The position numbers and the translations under genes are program-made. Below the pieces are notes generated by a model. The model did not search any database. It was given only the letters and a program-made list of their open reading frames with translations, and was not told where the DNA came from. Source: Microcystis aeruginosa NIES-2549 (lineage in GTDB: Bacteria; Cyanobacteriota; Cyanobacteriia; Cyanobacteriales; Microcystaceae). From it: 32,000 nt of DNA. Location: positions 660,001-692,000 of the forward strand of contig NZ_CP011304.1 in assembly GCF_000981785.2 (NCBI RefSeq), written 5' to 3'. Below, in pieces: positions 7,463 to 15,682 of this stretch (its first letter is position 1; the number at the start of each line of letters is the position of its first letter).

Positions 7463-8092
7463 TCACTTGGCCGCTTGAATCACCTGTAAACTTCCACCAG
7501 CGTATAATTTTTGTTGACAATCACGAAAACCGATCGCCTGTAAAGATCGGATCAGGTCCCTATCGATAAACTGCCAAGCGGTATCGGTTTCAAATAATTG
7601 CAAAAATAGGGCTAAAGAAGGCCAAAAAAGCGGGTTAGTGGGTCGATGAAAATCCACGAGAGCAAAAATTCCCCCCGGTCTGAGAACTCGATACACTTCT
7701 TTAAGGATTTCCTGTAACTGCTCTGGTTCCATTTCGTGGAGAGCGGCGCTAGTATGCACAAGGGCAAATTCTCCAGCATTAAAGGGCATTTTTTCGGCTA
7801 ATCCCTCCACATAATGCGCTTGCGGCACCGCTAAACTAGCTCGCTCCAGGGCCCGGGGAGAGACATCTAAACCGGTACAGCGATCGGATAGGGGGACTAA
7901 ATAACGGGTGGTTTGACCTGCACCACAACAGAGATCGAGGATAGGGTCATTTTTAGCGATTTTTAAACCTTCTAGGGCCAATTGCCGAAAACGAGACTCC
8001 CCACCCACCGCTAGGGCAGCCAGACGGGAGATACCATCGTAAAGCCATTGATATTGATAACTGAGGGGACGTAAAATTGTAGCCAAGATCAA
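7463..8092 (-). CDS. Class I SAM-dependent methyltransferase
   Basis: 209 aa. Motif I is ILDLCCGAGQTT, and the post-I/II pattern is LRPGGIFALVDF. Confidence 0.75.
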   Translation of the reverse strand: MILATILRPLSYQYQWLYDGISRLAALAVGGESRFRQLALEGLKIAKNDPILDLCCGAGQTTRYLVPLSDRCTGLDVSPRALERASLAVPQAHYVEGLAEKMPFNAGEFALVHTSAALHEMEPEQLQEILKEVYRVLRPGGIFALVDFHRPTNPLFWPSLALFLQLFETDTAWQFIDRDLIRSLQAIGFRDCQQKLYAGGSLQVIQAAK

Positions 8093-8205
8093 CCTCCAAG
8101 ATTTGATTAAGTTCTCTGTAGCCTGTAATTTGTTTTAACGGTTCCACCGATATATTGTTAAACTTGGTAAAGAATCTGAAAATTTAAAAATTATCTGTTA
8201 ACACT

Positions 8206-9369
8206 ATGGGTCGCGTTGGCGTTTTATTATTAAATTTGGGTGGGCCGGAGCGGTTAGAGGATGTGCGTCCTTTTCTATTTAACCTTTTTTCTGACCCAGA
8301 GATCATCCGTTTACCGATCAAAGGATTACAAAAACCGTTAGCTTGGTTAATATCGACGCTAAGAGCGAGTAAATCCCAAGAAAATTACCGTCAGATCGGC
8401 GGTGGCTCCCCTTTACTCAAGATTACGGAAGCACAGGCCACGGCACTGCAACAACGTCTCGCGGAAATGGGCCGCGAGGTGAGCGTTTATATCGGGATGC
8501 GTTACTGGAATCCCTTCACCGAAGAAGCGATCGAGCGGATTAAACGGGATCATATCAAAAAATTAGTTATTCTTCCTCTTTATCCCCAATTTTCCATCAG
8601 CACCAGTGGTTCCAGTTTTCGTGTGCTGGAGGAAATGTGGCAGCAGGATCCCTATCTGCGTTTGACGGAATATACTCTCATCCCCTCTTGGTACGATCAT
8701 CCCACCTATCTGAGCGCTATGGCGGATCTGATTGCGCGAGAATTAGAGCAGTGTCCTAATCCTGACCAAGTACATATCTTTTTTAGCGCCCATGGTGTCC
8801 CCCAAAGTTATGTGGAGGAAGCGGGAGATCCCTATCAAAGGGAAATTGAAGAATGCACTAGGGCGATCATGCGTACGCTCAACCGACCCAATCAGTACAC
8901 TTTAGCCTATCAAAGTCGCGTCGGTCCGGTGGAATGGCTAAAACCCTATACTGAAGATGCTTTAAAAGGGTTGGGAGAGCAGGGAATTAAGAATTTATTG
9001 GTCGTGCCGATTAGCTTTGTCTCGGAACACATCGAAACCCTGCAAGAAATCGATATAGAGTACCGAGAAGTGGCGGAAGAAGCGGGAATTGAACATTTTC
9101 AGCGAGTACCGGCTCTTAACACTCACCCGATGTTTATCGAATCTCTCTCCCAGTTAGTGGTCAAATCCCTAGAGGAAAACCCCACCACTTTCGAGCAAAT
9201 TACCCATCCGAAAGCGAATATGAAAATGTATCCCCAGGAACGTTGGGAATGGGGAATGACAACGGCAGCCGAGGTGTGGAATGGTCGATTAGCGATGATC
9301 GGTTTTCTGGCAATTATTATCGAATTAATTACCGGTCAAGGACCGTTACATTTTGTTGGTTTATTATAA
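8206..9369 (+). CDS. hemH: Ferrochelatase with C-terminal CAB/Hlip-type transmembrane helix
   Basis: 387 aa. The N-terminus is [30 protein letters not shown] and a [16 protein letters not shown] motif is present. The C-terminal [24 protein letters not shown] is the chlorophyll a/b-binding-like motif typical of cyanobacterial and plastid ferrochelatases. Confidence 0.95.
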   Translation: MGRVGVLLLNLGGPERLEDVRPFLFNLFSDPEIIRLPIKGLQKPLAWLISTLRASKSQENYRQIGGGSPLLKITEAQATALQQRLAEMGREVSVYIGMRYWNPFTEEAIERIKRDHIKKLVILPLYPQFSISTSGSSFRVLEEMWQQDPYLRLTEYTLIPSWYDHPTYLSAMADLIARELEQCPNPDQVHIFFSAHGVPQSYVEEAGDPYQREIEECTRAIMRTLNRPNQYTLAYQSRVGPVEWLKPYTEDALKGLGEQGIKNLLVVPISFVSEHIETLQEIDIEYREVAEEAGIEHFQRVPALNTHPMFIESLSQLVVKSLEENPTTFEQITHPKANMKMYPQERWEWGMTTAAEVWNGRLAMIGFLAIIIELITGQGPLHFVGLL

Positions 9370-9415
9370 CCTCGATCTTCGCTGCCATTGCTTTTGACGG
9401 TAACTACCAAAATAA

Positions 9416-9444
9416 GGTTGGGTTTAACTATATTTAACCCAACC
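9416..9444. terminator. Hairpin between convergent hemH and orf83 (possible bidirectional terminator)
   Basis: GGTTGGGTT - 11 nt - AACCCAACC, a 9-bp perfect stem. The T-tract is only weak (attggcgatttt on plus). Confidence 0.35.
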
Positions 9445-9459
9445 ATTGGCGATTTTATC

Positions 9460-9711
9460 TTAGGACATCATATTAGCAGAACGAACATTAACGTTAACTT
9501 CTAGCCTGCCATTGCCGAGCATATCTAACCCAGTGACGCTAAACAGATTAGCTTTAATCCCCCTTTCCTGAAAATTAGCTTGTAATTCTTTGATGAGAAC
9601 CTCTTCCACTTTCCCCTCATCATCTGCTAGAGCTTGGACGATTTTAGCGGCAAAAGAGCCAATTTTTGCGCTTAATATTTCTTCCACATTGGTAATCTCG
9701 ATAATAACCAT
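9460..9711 (-). CDS. Hypothetical small acidic protein (83 aa)
   Basis: Clean ATG-initiated ORF with non-repetitive composition. I recognised no motif. Confidence 0.45.
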   Translation of the reverse strand: MVIIEITNVEEILSAKIGSFAAKIVQALADDEGKVEEVLIKELQANFQERGIKANLFSVTGLDMLGNGRLEVNVNVRSANMMS

Positions 9712-9810
9712 TGATTTTTCTTCTTAGTAGAGGACAAATAGCTTCACCAGCCAATAAGAACAGAATTTGCGAGAAAATAGAACTGCTCTCATCTTAGGAA
9801 TCAGTATAAC

Positions 9811-9837
9811 CTGCACTGTTCCCCCCCAAACGTAAAT
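9811..9837. repeat. Left copy of the direct repeat bracketing the AlbA_2 cassette (CTGCAC tgtt c CCCCCCAAACGTAAAT); displaced duplicate of the prfB 3' end
   Basis: 16-nt perfect match CCCCCCAAACGTAAAT (9822-9837 = 11509-11524), plus CTGCAC upstream in both copies. The reverse complement reads ..NLRLGGNSAGYTDS*, against the RF2 C-terminus ..AYLRLGGAV*. Confidence 0.6.
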
Positions 9838-9861
9838 TCCCACCCAGAAGGAGATTACTGC

Positions 9862-11280
9862 ATGATAAACCTAGAGACCCTAGAAGGTTGGTTAAATGCT
9901 CCAGTGGAAAATGAGCGACTAGAATTTAAACAGGCTAAAAATCAATTTGATACAATCAAACTGTTAAAATATTGCGTCGCCCTTGCTAATGAAGGAGGTG
10001 GCCATTTTATCTTAGGTGTTACCGATAAACGTCCCCGTAAAATTGTTGGTTCACAAGCCTTTCCTACACCCGAAGAAATTAACAGCATTAAATCGCTAAT
10101 CGTTCAAAAACTTCGCTTGCGCGTGGAAATCACCGAATTGGCCCACCCTGATGGTCGTGTCTTGGTTTTTGAAGTGCCAACCCGTCCCACAGGACAACCT
10201 ATCGCCTTTGAAGGTGCTTATCTAATGCGAGCAGGGGAAGACTTAGTATTCATGACACCTGATCGGCTTAAGCTCATCTTTGCTGAAGATCAACAAGATT
10301 GGTTTTGTCAATCCGCTCGCTCTCATGCCAGTCCAGATGAGGTTATTGACCTACTCGACACCCAAACCTACTTTAAATTGCTCAAGCTTCCCTATCCTAG
10401 CCATCGTGATGCTGTTTTAGAAAGATTACAAAGCGATCAACTCCTTGACAAAACATCAAAAGGTTGGACAATTCCTAATTTATCTGCCATCCTTCTGGCC
10501 AGACAACTTGAGAGCTTTTCCCCTACCTTAGCGCGTAAAGCACCACGAGTGATTATCTATGAGGGAACAGGTAAAATTAAAACTCGACTGGAACAGACAG
10601 GAACTAAGGGATATGCTGTGGGTTTTGATGGTTTAGTTAATTTTGTCCACGATTTAGCCCCTCAAAATCGCGTCATCGAGGAGGTTCTTAGGGAAGAAGT
10701 GAAAATGTTTCCTCCACAAGCTTTGCGAGAACTGATCGCCAATGCTTTGATTCATCAGGACTTTCTCGCTACAGGCGCTTCGGTGATGATTGAAATGTAT
10801 GATGATCGAGTAGAAATCTCTAACCCTGGTATTCCTTTTATCAAAGTAGAACGCTTTATAGACGAATATCGCTCCCGTAATGAGCAATTAGCTGACATAA
10901 TGCGTCGTTTTGGCATTTGTGAAGAAAAGGGCAGTGGTATTGATAAAGTTATTTCCGCTGCCGAGAAATTTCAACTTCCCGCACCAGATTTTAGAGTAGG
11001 TGAGATCCGAACAACTTCTATCCTATTCGCTCATCAGGATTTTGGCAAAATGAGTCAATCTGACCGTATTCGCGCTTGTTATCAGCACTGTTGTCTCCTC
11101 TATGTCGATAATCAACGGATGTCTAACCAAACCTTACGAAATCGCTTTTGTTTAAATGAATCAAAAAACAATACTGTTTCTCAAGTGATTGGGGCAACTA
11201 AAGAAGCAGGACTGATTAAACTTGACGAATCTGAATCTAAATCAACTCGTTATGCTCGTTATCTCCCCTTTTGGGCCTAG
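9862..11280 (+). CDS. AlbA_2 (Schlafen-like divergent AAA) + HATPase_c_4 + C-terminal wHTH protein; putative ATP-binding regulator
   Basis: 472 aa. The N-terminal ENERLEFKQAKNQF...ALANEGGGHFILGV matches the AlbA_2/Schlafen box pattern. The central ALRELIANALIHQDF...IEISNPG...ICEEKGSGIDKV matches the RecG-C-terminal-like HATPase_c_4 pattern. The tail is MSNQTLRNRF...VSQVIGATKEAGLI. AAGGAG lies 8 nt upstream of the ATG. Confidence 0.7.
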   Translation: MINLETLEGWLNAPVENERLEFKQAKNQFDTIKLLKYCVALANEGGGHFILGVTDKRPRKIVGSQAFPTPEEINSIKSLIVQKLRLRVEITELAHPDGRVLVFEVPTRPTGQPIAFEGAYLMRAGEDLVFMTPDRLKLIFAEDQQDWFCQSARSHASPDEVIDLLDTQTYFKLLKLPYPSHRDAVLERLQSDQLLDKTSKGWTIPNLSAILLARQLESFSPTLARKAPRVIIYEGTGKIKTRLEQTGTKGYAVGFDGLVNFVHDLAPQNRVIEEVLREEVKMFPPQALRELIANALIHQDFLATGASVMIEMYDDRVEISNPGIPFIKVERFIDEYRSRNEQLADIMRRFGICEEKGSGIDKVISAAEKFQLPAPDFRVGEIRTTSILFAHQDFGKMSQSDRIRACYQHCCLLYVDNQRMSNQTLRNRFCLNESKNNTVSQVIGATKEAGLIKLDESESKSTRYARYLPFWA

Positions 11281-11331
11281 ACTAGCCTTGAGCGAAGTGT
11301 ACACTGAGCTTAGTCGAAGTGTGGAAATGCT

Positions 11332-11419
11332 AAAAAGTGCTTCAACGCAAATCCATTTTAGGGATGTCAAATCGGCGAAACCCTTATACAGCGAGCAAAA
11401 AAGTGCTTCAACGCAAATC
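11332..11419. repeat. 22-bp direct repeat AAAAAGTGCTTCAACGCAAATC, two copies with 66-bp period
   Basis: Copies at 11332-11353 and 11398-11419, identical by direct reading. Confidence 0.8.
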
Positions 11420-11498
11420 GACATTTTTCCAAGAGGAGATTTTATCATCGCGTCCACACGGGAGTGGGACTTGTGGACGACAACGGCGATACATTTCT

Positions 11499-12606
11499 TT
11501 AAACTGCACCCCCCAAACGTAAATAGGCTTCAATAAAGCTATCTAAATCCCCATTCATTACCCGGGTAACATCGGTGGTTTCCACATTACTGCGGAGATC
11601 CTTAACTAATTGATAGGGATGAAAAACATAGTTACGGATTTGATTGCCCCAAGCGGCCTCCACCATATCGCCGCGAATTTCGGCGATCGCTTGAGCCTGT
11701 TGTTCCCGAGCGATAATTAACAATTTCGCTTTTAATAAAGCTAGGGCTTTTTCTTTATTTTGTAATTGCGATCGCTCTTGGGTACAACGTACAGCGATAC
11801 CTGTGGGAAGATGAACCACACGCACGGCAGTTTCCACTTTATTAACATTTTGTCCACCTTTTCCCCCCGATCTAGTGGTGGTAATTTCTAAATCTTTATC
11901 GGGAATTTCTACCCTCACCGCATCATCGCCCAAAATTGGCATCACTTCCACCCCGGCGAAACTGGTTTGACGTTTACCATTAGCATTAAAAGGGGAAATT
12001 CTGACTAACCGATGGGTGCCTTTTTCTCCTTTCAGATAACCGTAAGCATAAGTTCCGGCAATCTCAATTGTCACCGATTTAATTCCCGCCTCATCTCCTT
12101 CTGATATTTCCGCTAAAGTGACTTTATATCCCTGTTTCTCGGCCCAGCGAGAATACATTCTCAGGAGCATTTCTGTCCAATCTTGGGCATCGGTTCCCCC
12201 GGCCCCCGCATTAATCGTTAAAACTGCTCCTTTTGCGTCGTAGGGACCATTTAAAAGCTGTTGCAATTCCCAGCGATCGAGGTCATGCTGTAAATGAGTT
12301 AAATTGTCCGTCGCTTCTTCTAGTAAAGTTCGATCGGATTCTAATTCTAATAACTCGATAATTGCCTTAGTATCTTCTAATTGTTCACACCAACCCTGAT
12401 AGGTTTCTAAAGAAGATTTACATTCGTTTAGTTCTTGCAGGGTTTTTTGAGCAGTATCGGGATTATCCCAAAAAGTGGGGACGGCTGCCACCTGTTCTAA
12501 GTCTTTAATTTTAGCCCTTAAAGTGGGTAAGTCAAAGATAGTCCTGGGTTTTACCCAGGCGCAATCCTACTATCTCGATACCTTTTTTTAGTTCTGATAT
12601 TTCCAT
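11499..12606 (-). CDS. prfB: Peptide chain release factor 2, expressed via programmed +1 ribosomal frameshift
   Basis: The main ORF (11499-12491 in the track) carries the RF2 SPF motif ([16 protein letters not shown]) and the GGQ motif ([11 protein letters not shown]). The upstream frame runs from ATG 12606: [24 protein letters not shown] then TGA. It rejoins the main frame by +1 at CTT TGA C, giving ..[27 protein letters not shown]. Confidence 0.9.
11504..11524. repeat. Right copy of the direct repeat bracketing the AlbA_2 cassette; overlaps the last codons of prfB
   Basis: CTGCA CCCCCCAAACGTAAAT. The reverse complement encodes YLRLGGA of RF2. Confidence 0.6.
12531..12540 (-). other. prfB +1 frameshift site TAT CTT TGA C
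   Basis: Minus strand reads tat ctt tga c (12540->12531), the canonical CUU UGA C autoregulatory shift site. An SD-like AGGA sits a few nt upstream (cccaggac). Confidence 0.85.
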
Positions 12607-12610
12607 GTTT

Positions 12611-12760
12611 TCAGTTATCAGTTATCAGTTATCAGTTATCAGTTACTCTAGAAGTCAGGAGTCAGGGGAGTCAGTCCCGATGAAAAAATTTTCACCCCCA
12701 CAGAGGAAAGAGGTTTCCTTCCCTACACCCCACACCCTACACCCTCTTTCAAGTCAGGAG
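12611..12760 (+). repeat. Composite repeat element, copy A: (TCAGTTA)5 - conserved ~54-bp core with ATG - (CCCTACA/CCCCACA)n
   Basis: The core at 12669-12722 (agtcagtcccgATGaaaaaattttcacc...gaaagaggtttccttcc) matches the reverse complement of 23152-23205, with only a few differences in the middle. Confidence 0.85.
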
Positions 12761-12773
12761 GCCGGAGTTGAGA

Positions 12774-12831
12774 GTTAGGGTTTTAGGGTTTTGGGGTTTT
12801 AGTTGAAATTCCCCCATTTTCCCATTTCCCC
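12774..12831 (-). repeat. 3'-flank repeat element, copy 1 (G-run block - AATTTCAACTAA - AACCCYAAAA block, read in the direction of the upstream gene)
   Basis: gttagggttttagggttttggggttttagttgaaattcccccattttcccatttcccc is about three-quarters identical by eye to the reverse complement of 15518-15577. Confidence 0.7.
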
Positions 12832-12871
12832 TATCGACTCTCTGTTGCCCGTTCCGCAGTTCCAGCGTTCC

Positions 12872-14008
12872 CTAAAATGGTACGATCGATCCGCGCAGGG
12901 GAGCAAGACTTTGTAAAGCGTTTTCAGCCTTATCACGACTACTAAACGCGCCTATTTGCCAGACGCGACGACCTTGGTGGGAAGTGGGGAAAGCGTCGGG
13001 ATAGAGAGAACGAACTTTGCTGCGATCGCTCTCGTTTTTAGCTTCAATTACTACTTTAAAGCCTTTGCGGCCACTATTGCTAGTATTGCCACTACTGGGA
13101 TTAGCAGCGGGTCGATTAAAAGTGATTACATCTGATAAACTTCTCTGATTGCCTAGGTTGCGCGGTGGCGGTGGTGGTACAATTGCATTATTATTCTGAG
13201 CATTGGCTTGCCCTGAGCCAAGTCGAAGGGGAGGAGTCAGGGGAGGTAAATTAGAGGTAACTGGGGGTGCTGGGGTAGAATTTTGCTCTGGTACTGGATT
13301 AGTGACCACTGGCTCAGGATTGCTCTGTACTGCTGTTTCTGCAGCGGTAAAGGTATATTCTCGCACTTCGGGATCACCGGGAGGGTTAACGGGTGTTTCT
13401 GCTTTGACGGATTCTCTGGGGAGGGAATAACTATTACCCGCGAGTAATTCCGGGGGAGGATTGAAATTGGGACTATCGGCAGTTAGATAGATATGACTGA
13501 GATTTTGACCGGCTAGACTGCGTTTAGTAAAGCGCCAGCCATCGATGAGATAAATTTGGATTAAACCGGTCCCTAAACCTTTAGTCCGTCCAATAATTAC
13601 CTCCGATTGCCTGGGATTGCGGGGGGTTCCTACGAGGACTAATTCCCCGTTGCGTTGTACGATACGCAGCAGGTATTCTAAACCGTAATCTTTGCCCTGA
13701 ATGCGAAGGGAATAACCGTTACTGTCGGTGGCCCGTTCACAACTGCCGGTAAAATCGAAATCGAGCAGCAGAGGCTGAACAATGGTCGGTTCTGTGCCAT
13801 TTACCGCCCAACATTGGCGTTTTCCCTGGATTTGTTGCAAAATCAGTAAATCGTATTTACCGTTACCGTAGGGTCGGGCAATAGCGATAAAATCCTCTTG
13901 ATTAACTTCTCGTTGTTCAAAGAGAGTTGCTTGACTGGGTGTCGTCAGGAGACAACCCCCCAGAAGTGAAAACAGTAGGGTAAATTTTAAGGATGATTTT
14001 AGATTCAT
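12872..14008 (-). CDS. Exported DUF3747-like protein with Pro-rich linker and C-terminal SPOR-like domain
   Basis: Signal peptide MNLKSSLKFTLLFSLLGGCLLTTPSQA. A conserved cyanobacterial N-domain is present (FIAIARPYGNGKYDLLILQQI...CWAV...DFDFTGSCE). The C-terminus is FKVVIEA...RVWQIGAFSSRDKAENALQSL (SPOR-like). Confidence 0.65.
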   Translation of the reverse strand: MNLKSSLKFTLLFSLLGGCLLTTPSQATLFEQREVNQEDFIAIARPYGNGKYDLLILQQIQGKRQCWAVNGTEPTIVQPLLLDFDFTGSCERATDSNGYSLRIQGKDYGLEYLLRIVQRNGELVLVGTPRNPRQSEVIIGRTKGLGTGLIQIYLIDGWRFTKRSLAGQNLSHIYLTADSPNFNPPPELLAGNSYSLPRESVKAETPVNPPGDPEVREYTFTAAETAVQSNPEPVVTNPVPEQNSTPAPPVTSNLPPLTPPLRLGSGQANAQNNNAIVPPPPPRNLGNQRSLSDVITFNRPAANPSSGNTSNSGRKGFKVVIEAKNESDRSKVRSLYPDAFPTSHQGRRVWQIGAFSSRDKAENALQSLAPLRGSIVPF

Positions 14009-14168
14009 AAATAGGGAGCGTTGTTATAGAGATTGTACTTGCATTTATTTTATCGATCTAGACGTAAGCGAGAGAATTTTGTTTTCTTGGAAGATAGCTA
14101 TTACTCGACCTAATCCACAGTAGGATAGAGATTGCTAAAAATTGACTCTTGAGTAGAGTGGCAACAAG

Positions 14169-15518
14169 ATGGCGAAAGCGGCGATTATTGGATTGGGAAG
14201 ATCGGGAATAGCGGCGGCAAGATGCTTAAAACGGGATGGTTGGCAGGTGACATTAAGCGATCGCTCCGATTCTCCCAGTTTACAGGCAACCAAAACCAAT
14301 CTGGAAAGCGAAGGAATTATTGTCAATCTTGGTCAAAATCTCAGTCTAGGGGCTTCGGACTTGCCCGATCTTATCGTGGTTAGCCCCGGGGTGCCTTGGG
14401 ATGCCCCGATTTTAATTACTGCCAGAGAAAAAGGCATCGATACGATCGGAGAATTAGAATTAGCTTGGCGTTATCTGCAATCTTCCCCCTGGTTGGGTGT
14501 TACGGGAACTAACGGCAAAACCACCACCACGGCCCTCTGTGCCGCTATTTTTCAAAAAGCGGGGTTAAATGCTCCTTCCTGCGGTAATATCGGCTATGCT
14601 GCCTGTGAATTGGCTTTAAAAGCCGATAAATACGATTGGATTATTGCAGAGATTAGTAGTTATCAGATCGAGTCCAGTAGGGATTTATCGCCGAAAATCG
14701 GCATCTGGACAACTTTTACCCCCGATCACCTCAGTCGTCATCAAACCCTGGAAAATTATTATCAGATTAAAGCCTCTTTACTGCAAAGAAGCGATCGCCA
14801 AATCCTCAATGGTGATGATCCCTATCTGCGTCAAATCGGTGTTAGTCAATGGCAACAAGCTTACTGGACTTCTGTTCAGGGCAAAGAGGCGCTTTTGGGC
14901 GATCCTAGTCGTGGTGTTTATCTGCAAGATAACTGGATCGTGGCTTTTGGGGAGTTAATTGCCCCGGTTAATCTCCTGAAAATGGTGGGTAGTCACAATC
15001 AGCAGAATTTGCTTATGGCTGTGGCCGCCGCTAGATTGGCAGGAATCGAGAAAAAAGCCATTACCGAAGCGATCGCTACTTTCCCCGGGGTTGCCCATCG
15101 CCTAGAGTATGTTTGTACTTATAAAGGACTAGACTTTATTAATGATAGTAAAGCAACTAACTACGATGCCGCCGCAGTGGGCTTAAAATCTGTCCCTAGT
15201 CCGGCGATTTTAATCGCGGGGGGAGAAGCGAAAGCCGGGGATGATCGGGCTTGGATCGCTGAAATTAAGGCAAAAGTCGCCACTGTGCTGCTTATTGGTG
15301 ACGCTGCCGCCGATTTTGCCCGTCGTTTACAGTCGGCAGGTTATCAAGATTATGAATGTGTAGAAACGATGGACAGGGCAGTTCAACGCGCAGCCGAACT
15401 AGGACTAGCAAAAGCCGCTAAAGTGGTGTTATTATCGCCCGCTTGCGCTAGTTTTGACCAATACCAAAGTTTTGAACATCGCGGCGATCATTTTCGGCAA
15501 TTGTCTTTACAGTTGTAG
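14169..15518 (+). CDS. murD: UDP-N-acetylmuramoyl-L-alanine--D-glutamate ligase
   Basis: N-terminus [17 protein letters not shown]-loop [14 protein letters not shown], and a Mur ligase C-terminal pattern. Confidence 0.9.
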   Translation: MAKAAIIGLGRSGIAAARCLKRDGWQVTLSDRSDSPSLQATKTNLESEGIIVNLGQNLSLGASDLPDLIVVSPGVPWDAPILITAREKGIDTIGELELAWRYLQSSPWLGVTGTNGKTTTTALCAAIFQKAGLNAPSCGNIGYAACELALKADKYDWIIAEISSYQIESSRDLSPKIGIWTTFTPDHLSRHQTLENYYQIKASLLQRSDRQILNGDDPYLRQIGVSQWQQAYWTSVQGKEALLGDPSRGVYLQDNWIVAFGELIAPVNLLKMVGSHNQQNLLMAVAAARLAGIEKKAITEAIATFPGVAHRLEYVCTYKGLDFINDSKATNYDAAAVGLKSVPSPAILIAGGEAKAGDDRAWIAEIKAKVATVLLIGDAAADFARRLQSAGYQDYECVETMDRAVQRAAELGLAKAAKVVLLSPACASFDQYQSFEHRGDHFRQLSLQL

Positions 15519-15577
15519 GGAGATGGGGGAAGTGGGAAGTGGGGAAGTGGGGAAATTCAACTAATACCCTAAAACCC
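15518..15577 (+). repeat. 3'-flank repeat element, copy 2; strongly G-quadruplex-prone
   Basis: It starts in the murD stop codon: taGGGaGatGGGGGaagtGGGaagtGGGGaagtGGGGaaattcaactaataccctaaaaccc. There are five G3-5 runs with 4-nt loops. Confidence 0.75.
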
Positions 15578-15682
15578 TGTTGCCGACGACTAAGACGCAA
15601 TTTTTGTTCCCCAAGATACTATTTTTTGGCTAAGTTGGGTAAGATCAGGAGGAGTTAACCAAAAAAATTAAGAGAAAAAAAC

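Noticed and set aside
9238-9366. Hydrophobic C-terminal extension of ferrochelatase as a novel fusion
   Set aside because: This is the well-known CAB/Hlip-type helix of cyanobacterial and plastid ferrochelatases ([13 protein letters not shown]...E), so it is expected, not novel.
11222-11536. Three mutually overlapping ORFs (104 aa +, 71 aa -, 61 aa +) downstream of the AlbA_2 gene
   Set aside because: They lie in a repeat-rich non-coding tail, overlap each other and the ends of flanking genes, and their 'proteins' repeat because the DNA repeats (…KSASTQI… twice).
12774-12831. TTTAGGG/TTTTGGGG telomere-like repeats
   Set aside because: There are only 3 units, embedded in a bacterial intergenic repeat family that has an inverted twin at 15518-15577. 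The resemblance to eukaryotic telomeric repeats is coincidental. What they share is only G4 potential.
13205-13240. The CCTGAGCCAAGTCGAAGGGG motif inside the DUF3747/SPOR gene, which resembles dispersed CTGAGC..GTCGAAG repeats (also near 11288-11320), as an in-frame repeat insertion
   Set aside because: It is a single short occurrence within a Pro-rich linker that translates smoothly (..PPLRLGSGQ..). Similarity to the intergenic copies is limited to about 14 nt, which is not enough to claim an insertion.
13203-13430. Antisense or alternative-frame ORFs within real genes
   Set aside because: The set comprises 13203-13430, 4522-4788, 7953-8147, 9243-9437, 10654-10887, 14135-14326, 14644-14958, 18195-18431, 18968-19150, 19993-20217, 21131-21316, 21508-21759, 23454-23714, 23886-24098, 25988-26248, 26570-26767, 27181-27489, 30111-30347 and 30356-30544. 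All overlap CDSs that carry clear family motifs on the other strand or frame. None shows a recognisable motif, and several are Arg/Pro/Gly- or Ser/Lys-rich, as expected for out-of-frame translation.
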